Shown here: positions 8,916-18,712 of the stretch, piece by piece
How the letters are laid out: each line of letters begins with the position of its first letter
Numbering within the stretch: the first letter of the stretch is position 1
NCBI GenBank assembly: GCA_965197645.1
Contig: OZ240219.1
Location: 1,184,001-1,248,000 of the forward strand
DNA: 64,000 nt
Direction of reading: 5' to 3'
Source: Dehalococcoidia bacterium
GTDB lineage: Bacteria; Chloroflexota; Dehalococcoidia; Plut-88900
Position numbers and translations under genes: made by a program
Notes under the pieces: generated by a model
What the model saw: the letters and a program-made list of their open reading frames with translations, nothing else
The model's database searches: none
Told to the model about the DNA's origin: nothing

Positions 8916-10712
8916 ATGGCGATCCTGAAGAACAAGAAGATACTACTCGGTCTGTTTCTTGTGACCGTCCTGGTGGTAGTGGGGTGCCGGGGCAGAGGGG
9001 GCGATCCGGAAGTGACCGATGTGCAGCCGACTGCCACCGCTCAGGCGGTCGCCGACCAGGTTCTGGAACCGACCCCCGCGGCAGAGTCGGCGCCCATGAC
9101 CGCCGAGGGGATTACCCAGGGCGGCGAGCTGAACAGGTTGTTCACCGATCCCCCCACCCTCGACCCGGCCCTGACCAGCGACACCTCCTCGGCCACCATC
9201 GTGGTTGAGGTTTACAGCGGCCTCGTGACCATCGATAAGAACCTCAACATCGTTCCGGACATCGCTGAAGGCTGGGACGTCAGCGAAGACGGCAGGACCT
9301 ACACCTTCCACATTAGAAACGACGTCGCGTTCCATGACGGTAGACCCGTCACGGCCCACGATTTCAAGTACTCCATGGAGCGAGCACTGAACCCGGCTAC
9401 CGAATCAACGGTGGCGGACCTGTATCTGAATGACATAGTGGGCGCCAAGGCGAAGCTCAATGGCTCGGCCGCGACCACCATCGGCATTCAGGTGCTGGAC
9501 GACAGCACCCTCCAGCTTACCATCGATGCGGCCAAGCCCTACTTCCTTGCCAAATTGACCTATCCCACGGCCTTCGTCGTCGATCAGGAGAACGTGGAAT
9601 CGGGTCCCGACTGGACGTCTCGCCCCAACGGTACCGGACCCTTCAAGCTCGCCGCGTGGGACATCGGGGAGTTGATACGGCTGGAGCGGAACGAGCTGTA
9701 CTATAACGGCCCGCCCCACCTGGACGCGGTCAACTTCATTCTTAGCGGCGGCGTCGGTATGACCATGTACGAGAACGATGAGATCGACGTTACCGGTGTG
9801 GGCCTGGCCGACATCGACCGGGTGCTGGACCCGACCGAGCCGTTGAACCAGGACCTCCACATCACCCCTCCCAGATACAGCATCGAGTACATCGGTCTCA
9901 ACACAGAGGTGGAACCGTTCAACGATATGAACGTGCGCCTGGCCCTCAGCTACGCTATCAACAAGGAGCTGATAGCCGACGCCGTTCTATCAAACCTCCT
10001 GGTGCCGGCCTACGGCATTCTGCCCCCCGGCTTTCCCGGTTTCAATGACGACCTGGAGGGCCTGCACTTCGATCCCGAGAGGGCCATGATTCTGATGGCC
10101 ACCTCCACCTATGGCCAGGGAATCCCGGAGATAACCAGCCTGCTGGCCCAGGCGGAGAACGAGATGGACCAGGAAGCCCGGCTGGCTCTCTTGAACCAGG
10201 CTTCCAACCTGGCGGCGGTCAACCTCCCGACCATGGTACTTTCAGTATCGGGTGGCGGAGGAGCGGTGGGCCTCGATACGGAAGTGATCCTTGAGATGTG
10301 GAGGAGATTCCTGGGCGTAGACGTCGAGATCCAGCAGTCCGAGTTCGCCACGTTCCTGCGTGACCTGGACAGGCGCAAGTTCCAGTTGTTCACCCTGGGC
10401 TGGGTGGCCGACTACCCCGACCCCCAGGACTTCTTGGACATCCTGTTCCATAGCGAAAGCTCCAACAACCACACCGCTTACACCAACGTTGAGGTGGACA
10501 GGTTGCTGGAGCAGGCCAGGACCGAGGCCGACGTGGATACCAGGATATCTCTGTACCAGAGGGCTGAGCAGATCATAGTAAGCGAGGCGCCCTGGATACC
10601 CACCTGGTATCGGGGAGACCGCTACGTGCTGATCAAGCCGTGGGTGAGGCAATACGCCCTGAACCCGTTGATTATTCCCCAGCTCAAAGACGTCTACATA
10701 GTCGAAAGGTAG
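8916..10712 (+). CDS. Peptide/oligopeptide ABC transporter substrate-binding lipoprotein (SBP family 5)
   Basis: Lipobox VVGC, DPPTLDP, W.VSEDGRTYTF, GTGPFKL, GWVADYPDP. Confidence 0.95.
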   Translation: MAILKNKKILLGLFLVTVLVVVGCRGRGGDPEVTDVQPTATAQAVADQVLEPTPAAESAPMTAEGITQGGELNRLFTDPPTLDPALTSDTSSATIVVEVYSGLVTIDKNLNIVPDIAEGWDVSEDGRTYTFHIRNDVAFHDGRPVTAHDFKYSMERALNPATESTVADLYLNDIVGAKAKLNGSAATTIGIQVLDDSTLQLTIDAAKPYFLAKLTYPTAFVVDQENVESGPDWTSRPNGTGPFKLAAWDIGELIRLERNELYYNGPPHLDAVNFILSGGVGMTMYENDEIDVTGVGLADIDRVLDPTEPLNQDLHITPPRYSIEYIGLNTEVEPFNDMNVRLALSYAINKELIADAVLSNLLVPAYGILPPGFPGFNDDLEGLHFDPERAMILMATSTYGQGIPEITSLLAQAENEMDQEARLALLNQASNLAAVNLPTMVLSVSGGGGAVGLDTEVILEMWRRFLGVDVEIQQSEFATFLRDLDRRKFQLFTLGWVADYPDPQDFLDILFHSESSNNHTAYTNVEVDRLLEQARTEADVDTRISLYQRAEQIIVSEAPWIPTWYRGDRYVLIKPWVRQYALNPLIIPQLKDVYIVER

Positions 10713-10731
10713 AAGAGACCGGCGGAATCTC

Positions 10732-10769
10732 GTGGGGCCTTGGTCTTGCGCCGAGGCCCCACTTTTTTT
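10732..10769 (+). terminator. Intrinsic terminator/attenuator between SBP and permease
   Basis: GTGGGGCCTTGG...CCGAGGCCCCAC followed by a T run. Confidence 0.75.
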
Positions 10770-10811
10770 GACGGTGTATGGTTGCGGTTATAATGTCTGC
10801 CAGGTAAGGCT

Positions 10812-11741
10812 ATGCGAAACTACATCATCCGGCGTTTGATGTGGACCCCCTTAGTCTTGCTGGTTGTCTCCTTCGTTACCTTCGCATTGGGCACCTTTGG
10901 GCCTGGGGACCCGGTCTCCGTCCTGGCCGGTCAACATCGAGACCCGGAGGTCATAGAGCGAATCCGAGAAGCGAGGGGTCTGGACGACCATTTCTTCGTT
11001 CAGTACGGGCGGTACATATTCAACGCCGTCCAGGGGGACCTGGGGGAGAGCTTCACCTTCCGGGGCCAGCCCGTCGGCGGGTTGATAGCGGAGAAGATAT
11101 GGATATCTGCCCAGCTGGGGATAGCAGCCACTATCCTCTCCTTGATCATCGGCGTGCCTCTGGGGCTCGTTGCTGCCCTCAATCAGGGGAGATGGCTGGA
11201 CCCGTTCATCGTCAGCGGCACCTTGTTCTTCCTCTCGGTGCCGGTGCTGTTCACCGCCCCGCTGCTGCTGCTGGTGTTCGTGGTCTGGTTGGACATCTTG
11301 CCCAGCTCCGGCTGGGGCGGATTCTTCGATACCCGGATCATCATGCCGGCCATCGTTCTGGGCCTGCCCGGCATAGCCGTCTTCACCAGGCTTATGAGGG
11401 CCAGCACCCTGGACGTAATGGGTCAGGACTTCATTCGCACGGCCCAGTCCAAGGGGCTCGGCGAGTTTCTGATCCGCCGGCGTCACATCGCCCGCAACGC
11501 CATGATCCCCATCGTGACCGTGTTGGGACTGTCCCTGGGCGATCTGGTCGCCGGAGCCTTCATTACCGAGGGCCTGTTCGGCATTCCGGGCATCGGCCGC
11601 CTGGTCATCGATTCCATATTCAACCGGGACTACCCCATAATCATGGCGGTAGTGTTGCTGATAGCCGCTTCCTATGTGATGGCCAACCTTCTGGTGGACG
11701 TTATGTACGCCTTCCTCGATCCGAGGATCAGGTATAACTGA
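10812..11741 (+). CDS. Peptide ABC transporter permease (DppB/OppB-like)
   Basis: YIIRRL, PGDP, GDLGES, DFIRTAQSKGL (EAA-like loop), RDYPII. Confidence 0.95.
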   Translation: MRNYIIRRLMWTPLVLLVVSFVTFALGTFGPGDPVSVLAGQHRDPEVIERIREARGLDDHFFVQYGRYIFNAVQGDLGESFTFRGQPVGGLIAEKIWISAQLGIAATILSLIIGVPLGLVAALNQGRWLDPFIVSGTLFFLSVPVLFTAPLLLLVFVVWLDILPSSGWGGFFDTRIIMPAIVLGLPGIAVFTRLMRASTLDVMGQDFIRTAQSKGLGEFLIRRRHIARNAMIPIVTVLGLSLGDLVAGAFITEGLFGIPGIGRLVIDSIFNRDYPIIMAVVLLIAASYVMANLLVDVMYAFLDPRIRYN

Positions 11742-11758
11742 TTTGAAGACCTGTCAAA

Positions 11759-13753
11759 TTGGCTGCTGAGAACGCCGGAGACCTCGAGGTACTGTCCAGG
11801 TCCAGGGGAAGCCCCTGGGTCCAGGCGGTGCGCCGGCTGGTCCACAAGAAGCTCGCGTTTACCGCGCTCATAGTCATCCTGATCATCTACGGTTCGGGGA
11901 CCCTGGCTACCTGGGTAGCTCCGCAGAGCTTTCGCGAGACCCCCGCCGCGGACCTGGAGCTTTCCCTACCCAACTTTCCCCACCTGACCTTCTCCCCCGA
12001 TTGGAGTGAGAACGACCTAATCTACAACAGCACCTCAGTGGGGATATTTCGCTCGCCGAACCGGGGAAGGACCTGGATTCCGATCAACAACGGGCTGGGC
12101 AACGCCAGCGTCGAACTCCTGGCCGTAGCTCCATCGGCAGCGGGGGAGGAGACCCTTTTCGCCGCCACGTCCCGAGGGGTGTTTCGCTCTGAGGACCGGG
12201 GAGATTCCTGGGTGGAGGCCAACATCGGACTGGCCAGCACCAATATCAACTACATCGCCGTTTCACCGGACTTCGAGCGGGACAGGACCGTGTTCGTCGC
12301 CCTGTCCAGCGGTATGTTCGTATCCAGGAACGGGGGCGCATCTTGGCAGGCGACGAATGAGGGGTTCCAGAGCGATACTCCTAATATACTCTCACTGGTG
12401 ATATCTCCGACCTTCGCCGCCGACGGCACCATCTTCGCCTCCGCCACCGAACGGAAGCAGGGTTCGTTTCAGACCTCGGAGGAGATATTACGGAGCCAGG
12501 ACAGGGGCCGGAGCTGGGAGCTGATCTACGAAGACACCATAATAACCTCCAGGGTGGTCCCGATGGCCATCTCCCCGGACTTCGCCAGCGATGGCACTCT
12601 CTATGCCTCTACGGATGCGGGTCTGTTGCGGTTCACCGAGACCGATGACCAGTGGCGTAACCTGGACCGGTTGCTGAGCTACCGGGAGGTGCAAAAGATC
12701 CTGGTCTCCCCCGGGTTCACATCCGACAACACGGTGTACGCCGTCCGATCGACACGGGGCATGTCTCGGTCCACAGACGGTGGCGAGACCTTCCAACTGG
12801 TCAATGAAGGCCTGAGCGTGACACGGCTGGTCAGCGCAGTGATCTCGCCGGACTTCGTCTCCGATAGGACCCTCATGGTGGGCACGGTAGACGCAGCCCT
12901 GTTCCGGTCCGATGACGGTGCAGAACGCTGGTACCAGGTCGCTTCCCAGGACCTGAAGGAAGGACCGACCATTTTCAACTGGCCCCCCAACTTCGACAAC
13001 ATATTCGGCACGGACAGGCTGGGGAGAGACTACTTCAGCCGCATTATTTACGGCGTTCGTACTACGGTGATCATAACCGTGGCCAGCGTACTCACCGGCT
13101 CTCTGCTGCTGGGCCTGTTCATGGGCGCTGCGGCGGGTTTGATGGGAGGCAAGATCGATAACGCCATCATGCGCGTCGGCGAGATATTTCTCGCCTTCCC
13201 CGGCATTCTCCTCATAATCCTGATAGCGGCGACGGTCAAGCCCCGGTTTACCGACTGGACCCGGAGCTTCGAAGAGTGGTCCGGTATAGATGGGATAGTG
13301 GCCTCGGGGGCCGTGGACTACTACGTGGTGTTCCTTTCGCTGACACTGTTCAGCTGGGTGGGAATGGCCCGGCTGGTGCGGGGCCAGATTCTGCATCTGA
13401 AAGAGAGCCAGTTCATCGACGCGGCCCGGTCGATGGGAGCGACCAACACCAGGCTTGTTGTCCGGCACCTGCTGCCCAACGCCATCAGCCCGGTGATAGT
13501 ATCGGTGTCCATGGGTATGGGCTCGGTGGCGGGATCGGAGGTGATACTGAGCTGGTTCGGCATCGGGGTGCAGCCGCCCAATCCCAGCCTGGGCCGGATG
13601 ATCTTCGAAAACTTCGGCTACGGCAATCTGAGCATTCTGCGCAACGATCCCCACCTGATCTTGATCCCCGTGTTCACCATCGCCGTCATCATCTACGCTT
13701 GGAACCTGTTCGGCGACGGACTCAACGATGTCCTCAACCCTCGCACCCAATGA
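11759..13753 (+). CDS. Peptide ABC transporter permease (DppC/OppC-like) with an inserted BNR/Asp-box beta-propeller
   Basis: OppC N-terminal helix; ~330 aa with repeated SxDxGxxW motifs; then FGTDRLGRD, FIDAARSMGA, HLLPNA, NLFGDGLNDVLNP. Confidence 0.9.
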   Translation: MAAENAGDLEVLSRSRGSPWVQAVRRLVHKKLAFTALIVILIIYGSGTLATWVAPQSFRETPAADLELSLPNFPHLTFSPDWSENDLIYNSTSVGIFRSPNRGRTWIPINNGLGNASVELLAVAPSAAGEETLFAATSRGVFRSEDRGDSWVEANIGLASTNINYIAVSPDFERDRTVFVALSSGMFVSRNGGASWQATNEGFQSDTPNILSLVISPTFAADGTIFASATERKQGSFQTSEEILRSQDRGRSWELIYEDTIITSRVVPMAISPDFASDGTLYASTDAGLLRFTETDDQWRNLDRLLSYREVQKILVSPGFTSDNTVYAVRSTRGMSRSTDGGETFQLVNEGLSVTRLVSAVISPDFVSDRTLMVGTVDAALFRSDDGAERWYQVASQDLKEGPTIFNWPPNFDNIFGTDRLGRDYFSRIIYGVRTTVIITVASVLTGSLLLGLFMGAAAGLMGGKIDNAIMRVGEIFLAFPGILLIILIAATVKPRFTDWTRSFEEWSGIDGIVASGAVDYYVVFLSLTLFSWVGMARLVRGQILHLKESQFIDAARSMGATNTRLVVRHLLPNAISPVIVSVSMGMGSVAGSEVILSWFGIGVQPPNPSLGRMIFENFGYGNLSILRNDPHLILIPVFTIAVIIYAWNLFGDGLNDVLNPRTQ

Positions 13754-13774
13754 CCCCTTCCGAGAGGCTCCTCT

Positions 13775-13883
13775 TTCGCGACCATCCCCCCGGTCTGTAC
13801 ATGAGCCAGGAAGAGGGTAAAGAGAAAGAATAGTTCCTGAGGGACACCCTCAGACTCCCGACAAAGGAGCTTCGCCTCTGCAT
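13775..13883 (-). repeat. Intergenic palindromic repeat family A (REP/MITE-like), copy without insert
   Basis: Reverse complement of TGCAGAGG.GAAGC.CCTTTG..GGGAGTCTGAGGGTGTCCCTCAG...GGGGGATGGTCG. Confidence 0.75.
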
Positions 13884-14060
13884 AGCTCTGGAAGGGAGTT
13901 TACGGTCTATTGAGCCCGCTCCAGACGCCCTGCCTCTGGCGGGGTGTGGGGGGATGTGGCCTCAGACATAAAACATCCCAGGCAGGTGGGAGCGTAAACT
14001 GAGGAGAATATGTACAATCCTGCGTGAACCCCCTGCACCAAAAGTATTAATCAAGAGGTG

Positions 14061-14276
14061 TCACGATGGCATATCCGACAGATGGCGGACAGCCCCTTGA
14101 AGGTCTCGAGCCATATCATTGGCTTGGGCCGTGGAAAACGCGTAAGCCTGTTGAAATACCTCGGGTTCTGATTCATCTAGTTTGTACTCGACAATTAACG
14201 AAACCAGATCCTCCGACCGCATCACCCCCACCCCAATCCGAATCGGAAACACGTGACGAATAGTGTTGTCTGGCAT
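14061..14276 (-). CDS. Small hypothetical protein, 71 aa
   Basis: AAGGAGG SD before ATG 14276 (MPDNTIRHVFPIRIGV...); lower GC than neighbours. Confidence 0.6.
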   Translation of the reverse strand: MPDNTIRHVFPIRIGVGVMRSEDLVSLIVEYKLDESEPEVFQQAYAFSTAQANDMARDLQGAVRHLSDMPS

Positions 14277-14386
14277 TGTCCCTCCTTGCCTCGTGAACTG
14301 TTGCCAACTATACACGCCGCGTGCAGCAGTCCGCTCCAACTGTACTGCCAAACCTGTAGAATCCGATGGAAGGGAACTTACGGTCT

Positions 14387-15211
14387 ATGACATCAGCCAT
14401 CCAATACTGGAACAACCGGGTGGAGACCCACCATGCGCAATCCATCAGGGCCGAGAAAGAGCTGCCCAAGACCGAGGGTGACTTCTGGGCGCCCATGGTG
14501 GCCTCCTTCAAAGACGATCCTCGCAGGACCGGCGACACGATACTAAGCAGGCTGTCCAGAGACCTGACCGCCAACACTACGGTGTTGGACGTTGGAGGTG
14601 GCGCCGGGCGGTTCGCTCTTCCAATGGCCCTCAAGTCCCGTCACGTGACGGTGGTCGAGCCTTCGGCCAGTATGTTGGAAGGGCTTGTCGAGGGTATGAA
14701 AGAGGCTGGCATCGATAACATCTCTACCGTTCAGCAGGACTGGGAGGACGCCCGGGTGGAGCCGTCGGACGTGCTGGTCTGTGCTCATGTAGTCTACGGC
14801 ATCTCCGATATCGAGCCATTTCTCCGCAAGGTGGACTCTAGCACCAACGAACGGGTGATGGTCCTCATCTTTACAGAGACGCCTATGGGGGGGATGACGG
14901 AGGTCTGGAAGCGGGTACACGGGGAGGACCGGATAGATCTGCCGGCCCTGCCCGAGCTTATGAACGTGCTGTGGGAGATGGACATCTATCCGGACGTAGA
15001 AATGGTCCAGACCAGCGGGCCGCGCTCTGCCGAGGACATGAAATCGGCGCTGGAGATGCTGAGAAGAATCGTCTACGTGGAGCCGGGCACGGAGAAGGAC
15101 ACCCGTCTGATGGAGGCGGCAAAGGAGCTGTTGATCGAGACCTCGGATGGCCTGGTCGTCGAGGGAGCCAAGCCCAGGCGACAGGCACTGGTCAGCTGGA
15201 AACCGGAGTGA
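14387..15211 (+). CDS. Class I SAM-dependent methyltransferase
   Basis: VLDVGGGAGRFA motif I, VTVVEPS; start could be 14366. Confidence 0.9.
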   Translation: MTSAIQYWNNRVETHHAQSIRAEKELPKTEGDFWAPMVASFKDDPRRTGDTILSRLSRDLTANTTVLDVGGGAGRFALPMALKSRHVTVVEPSASMLEGLVEGMKEAGIDNISTVQQDWEDARVEPSDVLVCAHVVYGISDIEPFLRKVDSSTNERVMVLIFTETPMGGMTEVWKRVHGEDRIDLPALPELMNVLWEMDIYPDVEMVQTSGPRSAEDMKSALEMLRRIVYVEPGTEKDTRLMEAAKELLIETSDGLVVEGAKPRRQALVSWKPE

Positions 15212-15217
15212 GGAAGG

Positions 15218-15742
15218 TCAGCTCTGCACGTTGACGGCGGCTGAGGCCAGGTTTACTCCCGCTATATCCTGAAAATCCTCATCGGCGAGACCCAGGTTGG
15301 CGACGGATAGAATGTAGCTTTCCCCGGCGGCGGTCTCCGATACCTGGAAGGTGAGTTCGGCAAAGATGGACGTAGGAGTGGGTGAGGTGGTGCTTCCGCG
15401 GCGGGCCAGAGCGTAGGTTAGGGTACCGGCAACGTTGTCCACCAGCTCGATGCCGACCAACGGGTCGGGACCGAAGAGGTTGCCGGCCTCGACCTTCACA
15501 AGGGTCAGTCCCTGGGGGTCAAAAGCGAAGTTCAGCTCACCGCCGCTGACGCCCCGGCCATCGGGATCGACCCTCACCTCAACCATTAGCTCATCCCCGG
15601 CTTCCACGGTGACCGATTCGGGTAGTACCTGAACGGATACGCCCCGGATGACATCGGTGTCCGAGTCCCGGACGCAGGCGATGAGCACCAGCAGGGCGCC
15701 GGCCAGCAGGAAGAGCCTGGGAGACAGTCTCGGAAGCTTCAT
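15218..15742 (-). CDS. Cohesin-domain lipoprotein
   Basis: Lipobox LIA-C, then a beta-sandwich pattern typical of cohesins: V.VEAGDE..VEV.V..GVSGGELNFAFDP..L..VEAGNLF..GTL..A.LTFQV. Confidence 0.8.
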   Translation of the reverse strand: MKLPRLSPRLFLLAGALLVLIACVRDSDTDVIRGVSVQVLPESVTVEAGDELMVEVRVDPDGRGVSGGELNFAFDPQGLTLVKVEAGNLFGPDPLVGIELVDNVAGTLTYALARRGSTTSPTPTSIFAELTFQVSETAAGESYILSVANLGLADEDFQDIAGVNLASAAVNVQS

Positions 15743-15746
15743 GGAG

Positions 15747-17141
15747 TTAAAGCTCGGCCCCCAGCATAGCCAGGTCCAGGTAGTTGATCACCCCGTCCCC
15801 GTTCAAATCGATCTCCGCTGCGTAACCCGAGTCTCCGGACCCAGTGCCGTAGGCCCCTTGAAGCACGGCTAGATCATCGCGGTCCACCGAGCCGTCGCGG
15901 TTTAGGTCACCGGTGATGATGGTTTCCGGCGTGTCCGGGACCACCGGGGTGGGCGTGCGCGCTCCCAGGGGCACCAGGGTCGGTATGGGAGTAGCCGTCG
16001 CTAGGTCTTCCACCACCTCTCGCTCGGGGAGTAGGGGCAAGCCGATGCTGGACCGCCACCGATTGTCCAGGCCGACCCGATCGAAGCCGTAGACCTGGAC
16101 CAATACGTCGTCCATATTCCCATAGCCGTCCCTGAAAGTCCTGAGCAGCTCGGCCATCTTTCCAGGGCCGTACTCGTCGATCATAAACTCTACGATCGCC
16201 CGAGCCTGGCCATAGAAGAGGATGGTCTCGTCGGGGGTGCCGGGCTGGTTGTTCATGCCTGTGATGGGAAGCAGGCGACCGGTCCTGACGTTTTCCAGGA
16301 GAGCAAGGTCGTAGGAGTAGCTGGGCTCCAGGTTACCGTACTCGGCCAGTCCTTCGTTGAGCCAGTCGGGCACCCGGCGACCGGGGCCCTCGGCGGCCTG
16401 GGCAACCAGCAGATGGGTGACCTCATGGGAGGTAGTGCCGCGGATTTGGGAAGTGAAGCCCATAATCAGAAGGATTCCCTCGCTGCCGTAGGCCTGTCCC
16501 AGCGTCACGAGGCCGCTCTGCGCCGTGTTGCTGGTAAAGGGAAGGGCCGCCTGCATCTGCAGCGGATTGTTGTATATCATTATCCTGATCGGATCGGTCA
16601 ACTCGGTCTGGAGCACGGCGCCCATTCGGCTGAGGGTCTCTATGGAGGTGTCCAGAATCGTCTGGGCCCGGGTGTTGGTTGGCCCGTAGTAGTAGGTGGA
16701 GACCAAGCCTTCTGTCAGGACCTCCCATTCGAACCGGGTGTCCAGGTAGATGAACTCGACGGGATCGGTCTCTACCCGGTTGCCTTCCGCGTCCTGGAAA
16801 ATCCATCGGTATTCGAATCCAGCGCCGTTGGGTATGAACAGGCTCCCTGAGCCGCCCCGGGTCTCCAGGATGTACTCCGCCCTCATCGGGTCGCCTTCTA
16901 TCAGGGTGGCTGGTTCATTGCGGAGGATCTCCCTTCCGATGATCCCAAAGGAGATGGTGACGCTCTCCACGGGCCGGTCGCTGGCAAACTCTACGTAGAA
17001 GGACAGGGTTTCGGGGAAATTGATCTCGTGGCGAACGTCCGCCTCGGTTATCCACTCGTCAGCACTCGTCGGCGCTGCGGCGGTGGCGAAGATCAGTGCT
17101 GCGAGGACGGACACAGCTATTGTGGATACTAAGCGAGACAT
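15747..17141 (-). CDS. Secreted peptidase MA-like zinc metallopeptidase with C-terminal dockerin
   Basis: Signal peptide; HEVTH plus WLNEGLAEY (gluzincin); Pro/Thr linker; two Ca-loop repeats GDLNRDGSVDRDDL and IDLNGDGVINYLDL. Confidence 0.88.
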   Translation of the reverse strand: MSRLVSTIAVSVLAALIFATAAAPTSADEWITEADVRHEINFPETLSFYVEFASDRPVESVTISFGIIGREILRNEPATLIEGDPMRAEYILETRGGSGSLFIPNGAGFEYRWIFQDAEGNRVETDPVEFIYLDTRFEWEVLTEGLVSTYYYGPTNTRAQTILDTSIETLSRMGAVLQTELTDPIRIMIYNNPLQMQAALPFTSNTAQSGLVTLGQAYGSEGILLIMGFTSQIRGTTSHEVTHLLVAQAAEGPGRRVPDWLNEGLAEYGNLEPSYSYDLALLENVRTGRLLPITGMNNQPGTPDETILFYGQARAIVEFMIDEYGPGKMAELLRTFRDGYGNMDDVLVQVYGFDRVGLDNRWRSSIGLPLLPEREVVEDLATATPIPTLVPLGARTPTPVVPDTPETIITGDLNRDGSVDRDDLAVLQGAYGTGSGDSGYAAEIDLNGDGVINYLDLAMLGAEL

Positions 17142-17201
17142 CTAGCTTGGCGAAACTGGGCGCGTTGACACCAGAATCCTATCACGATGAGGGAAGGGGA
17201 A

Positions 17202-18605
17202 TCATTCCTCAGACTCGGGCAGCCTGAACCCGCCGGCCCCTTCCACAGCGAAATAATCCAGCATGGCTATACCCAGGCGGGCGGCGTTGCCCAACAGGTC
17301 CTGGTCTATGTGCTCCAAGGTGTCCTCGGGGGTGTGGATGCGAGAGAGATCTGTGCCTGCGAAGTACATGGCTGGGATTCCGACCGCCAGAAACACGGCG
17401 TGATCACTGGCAAGACCGCGGGGTTGCTGCCCTTCGTAGGCGTCCAGCCCCAGGTCCGTCGCCAAGGTAAGGCCCTGAGCCACCAGCCCGGGATCTCCTC
17501 CCAGCTGAAGCTCCCCCGAGCCTACGGCATCAAAGTTCAGCATCGCCCTGATGCTGGACCTCCCGCCCAGTGGAGATAGGGAATTTACCCAGTTCGCACT
17601 GCCCAGCAGGCCGATCTCCTCCGAGCCGAAGGCGATGAAGTGGATGGAGTAGGGGATGGTATCCACCTTTGTGGTCTCCTGGGCCAGGGCCAACAGTATA
17701 CCAATGCCCGAGCCATTATCGTTGGCGCCGTCCACGTCCGCTACCGTGTCCATGTGAGCGCCCACGACGACTGTGTTGAACCCGGAGACTATCCTGGAGG
17801 CCACCACGTTTCGGCTGGGGGTCGGGAAGCGGAGCAGCCTGACGTCGAGGACCACATCCCCCTCTTCAAGCATCTCCACCAGACGCTCTCCGTCAGCCCG
17901 GGAGATGGTCAACGATGGGATCTCGGCGGGAGAAGAGAGGGTGGCGTACAGCTCCGCCTCTTCGTTGTTGTAGATGATGGCCGCCGAGGCGCCGGCGTTC
18001 TGCGCGTTCTGGACCTTGTCCTCAAAGAACAGGACTCCCCTCTGTATCAACGCGATCTTCCCTTCGAGGCCTTCTTCGGGGTAGGCTTCCGGCTCGCCAA
18101 AGCCGACGTGGACTATCGAAGCGGTGGTCTCTCCCGTGCCGCTCAGATGGACGAAACGAGACACGATGGTCTCTTCCACCGGGCTGGAGATGGTGATAAA
18201 AGGCTCAGTCGTATCGTACCTCTGGACCGTGAACTCCTGTATCTCGATGTCGTAGCCCAGAGCGGTTAGCTCGGCAGCTATGAAGTCGGCGGCAGCCTCT
18301 TCCTGGGCGGAGGCGGACTCCCTTGCGCCCAGCGCCTCCACGAATCGCTGAGTATAGGAGTAGGCTAATTCACCCAGGTTATCGGAGGGGCTGAATATGG
18401 GGTCTGTAGGCGTGGGTTCGGGCGTGGCCTGAGGCGTCGGGACGGGAGTAAAGGTAGGAGAGGGTGTGTCGGCGGAAGGAACCTCCGTAGCTTGTACGGC
18501 GGCCTCTCCCGTCGGCGTTGGAGTATCAGCCGAGTCCCGTATCCTACAGGCCGAGCCTATGACCAGGAGAACCAGGACTATGTATATCAGGTGATGCTTC
18601 TTCAA
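17202..18605 (-). CDS. M28 aminopeptidase with PA domain, lipoprotein
   Basis: Lipobox GSA-C, PT-rich linker, PA domain (GKIALIQRG..F.DKV.NA..AGA), GAHMD, GANDNGSG, SEEIGLLGS, SDH, IHT.ED. Confidence 0.93.
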   Translation of the reverse strand: MKKHHLIYIVLVLLVIGSACRIRDSADTPTPTGEAAVQATEVPSADTPSPTFTPVPTPQATPEPTPTDPIFSPSDNLGELAYSYTQRFVEALGARESASAQEEAAADFIAAELTALGYDIEIQEFTVQRYDTTEPFITISSPVEETIVSRFVHLSGTGETTASIVHVGFGEPEAYPEEGLEGKIALIQRGVLFFEDKVQNAQNAGASAAIIYNNEEAELYATLSSPAEIPSLTISRADGERLVEMLEEGDVVLDVRLLRFPTPSRNVVASRIVSGFNTVVVGAHMDTVADVDGANDNGSGIGILLALAQETTKVDTIPYSIHFIAFGSEEIGLLGSANWVNSLSPLGGRSSIRAMLNFDAVGSGELQLGGDPGLVAQGLTLATDLGLDAYEGQQPRGLASDHAVFLAVGIPAMYFAGTDLSRIHTPEDTLEHIDQDLLGNAARLGIAMLDYFAVEGAGGFRLPESEE

Positions 18606-18712
18606 AGGACTTTTACGTGGGGCGCAGTCGTACTACGCCGCGATGGGTTGGTACATTGTAAAACGGGGGAACGGGTTAAAGGTTGCCGTAGCGAGAAACG
18701 GAGGGTTGGGCT

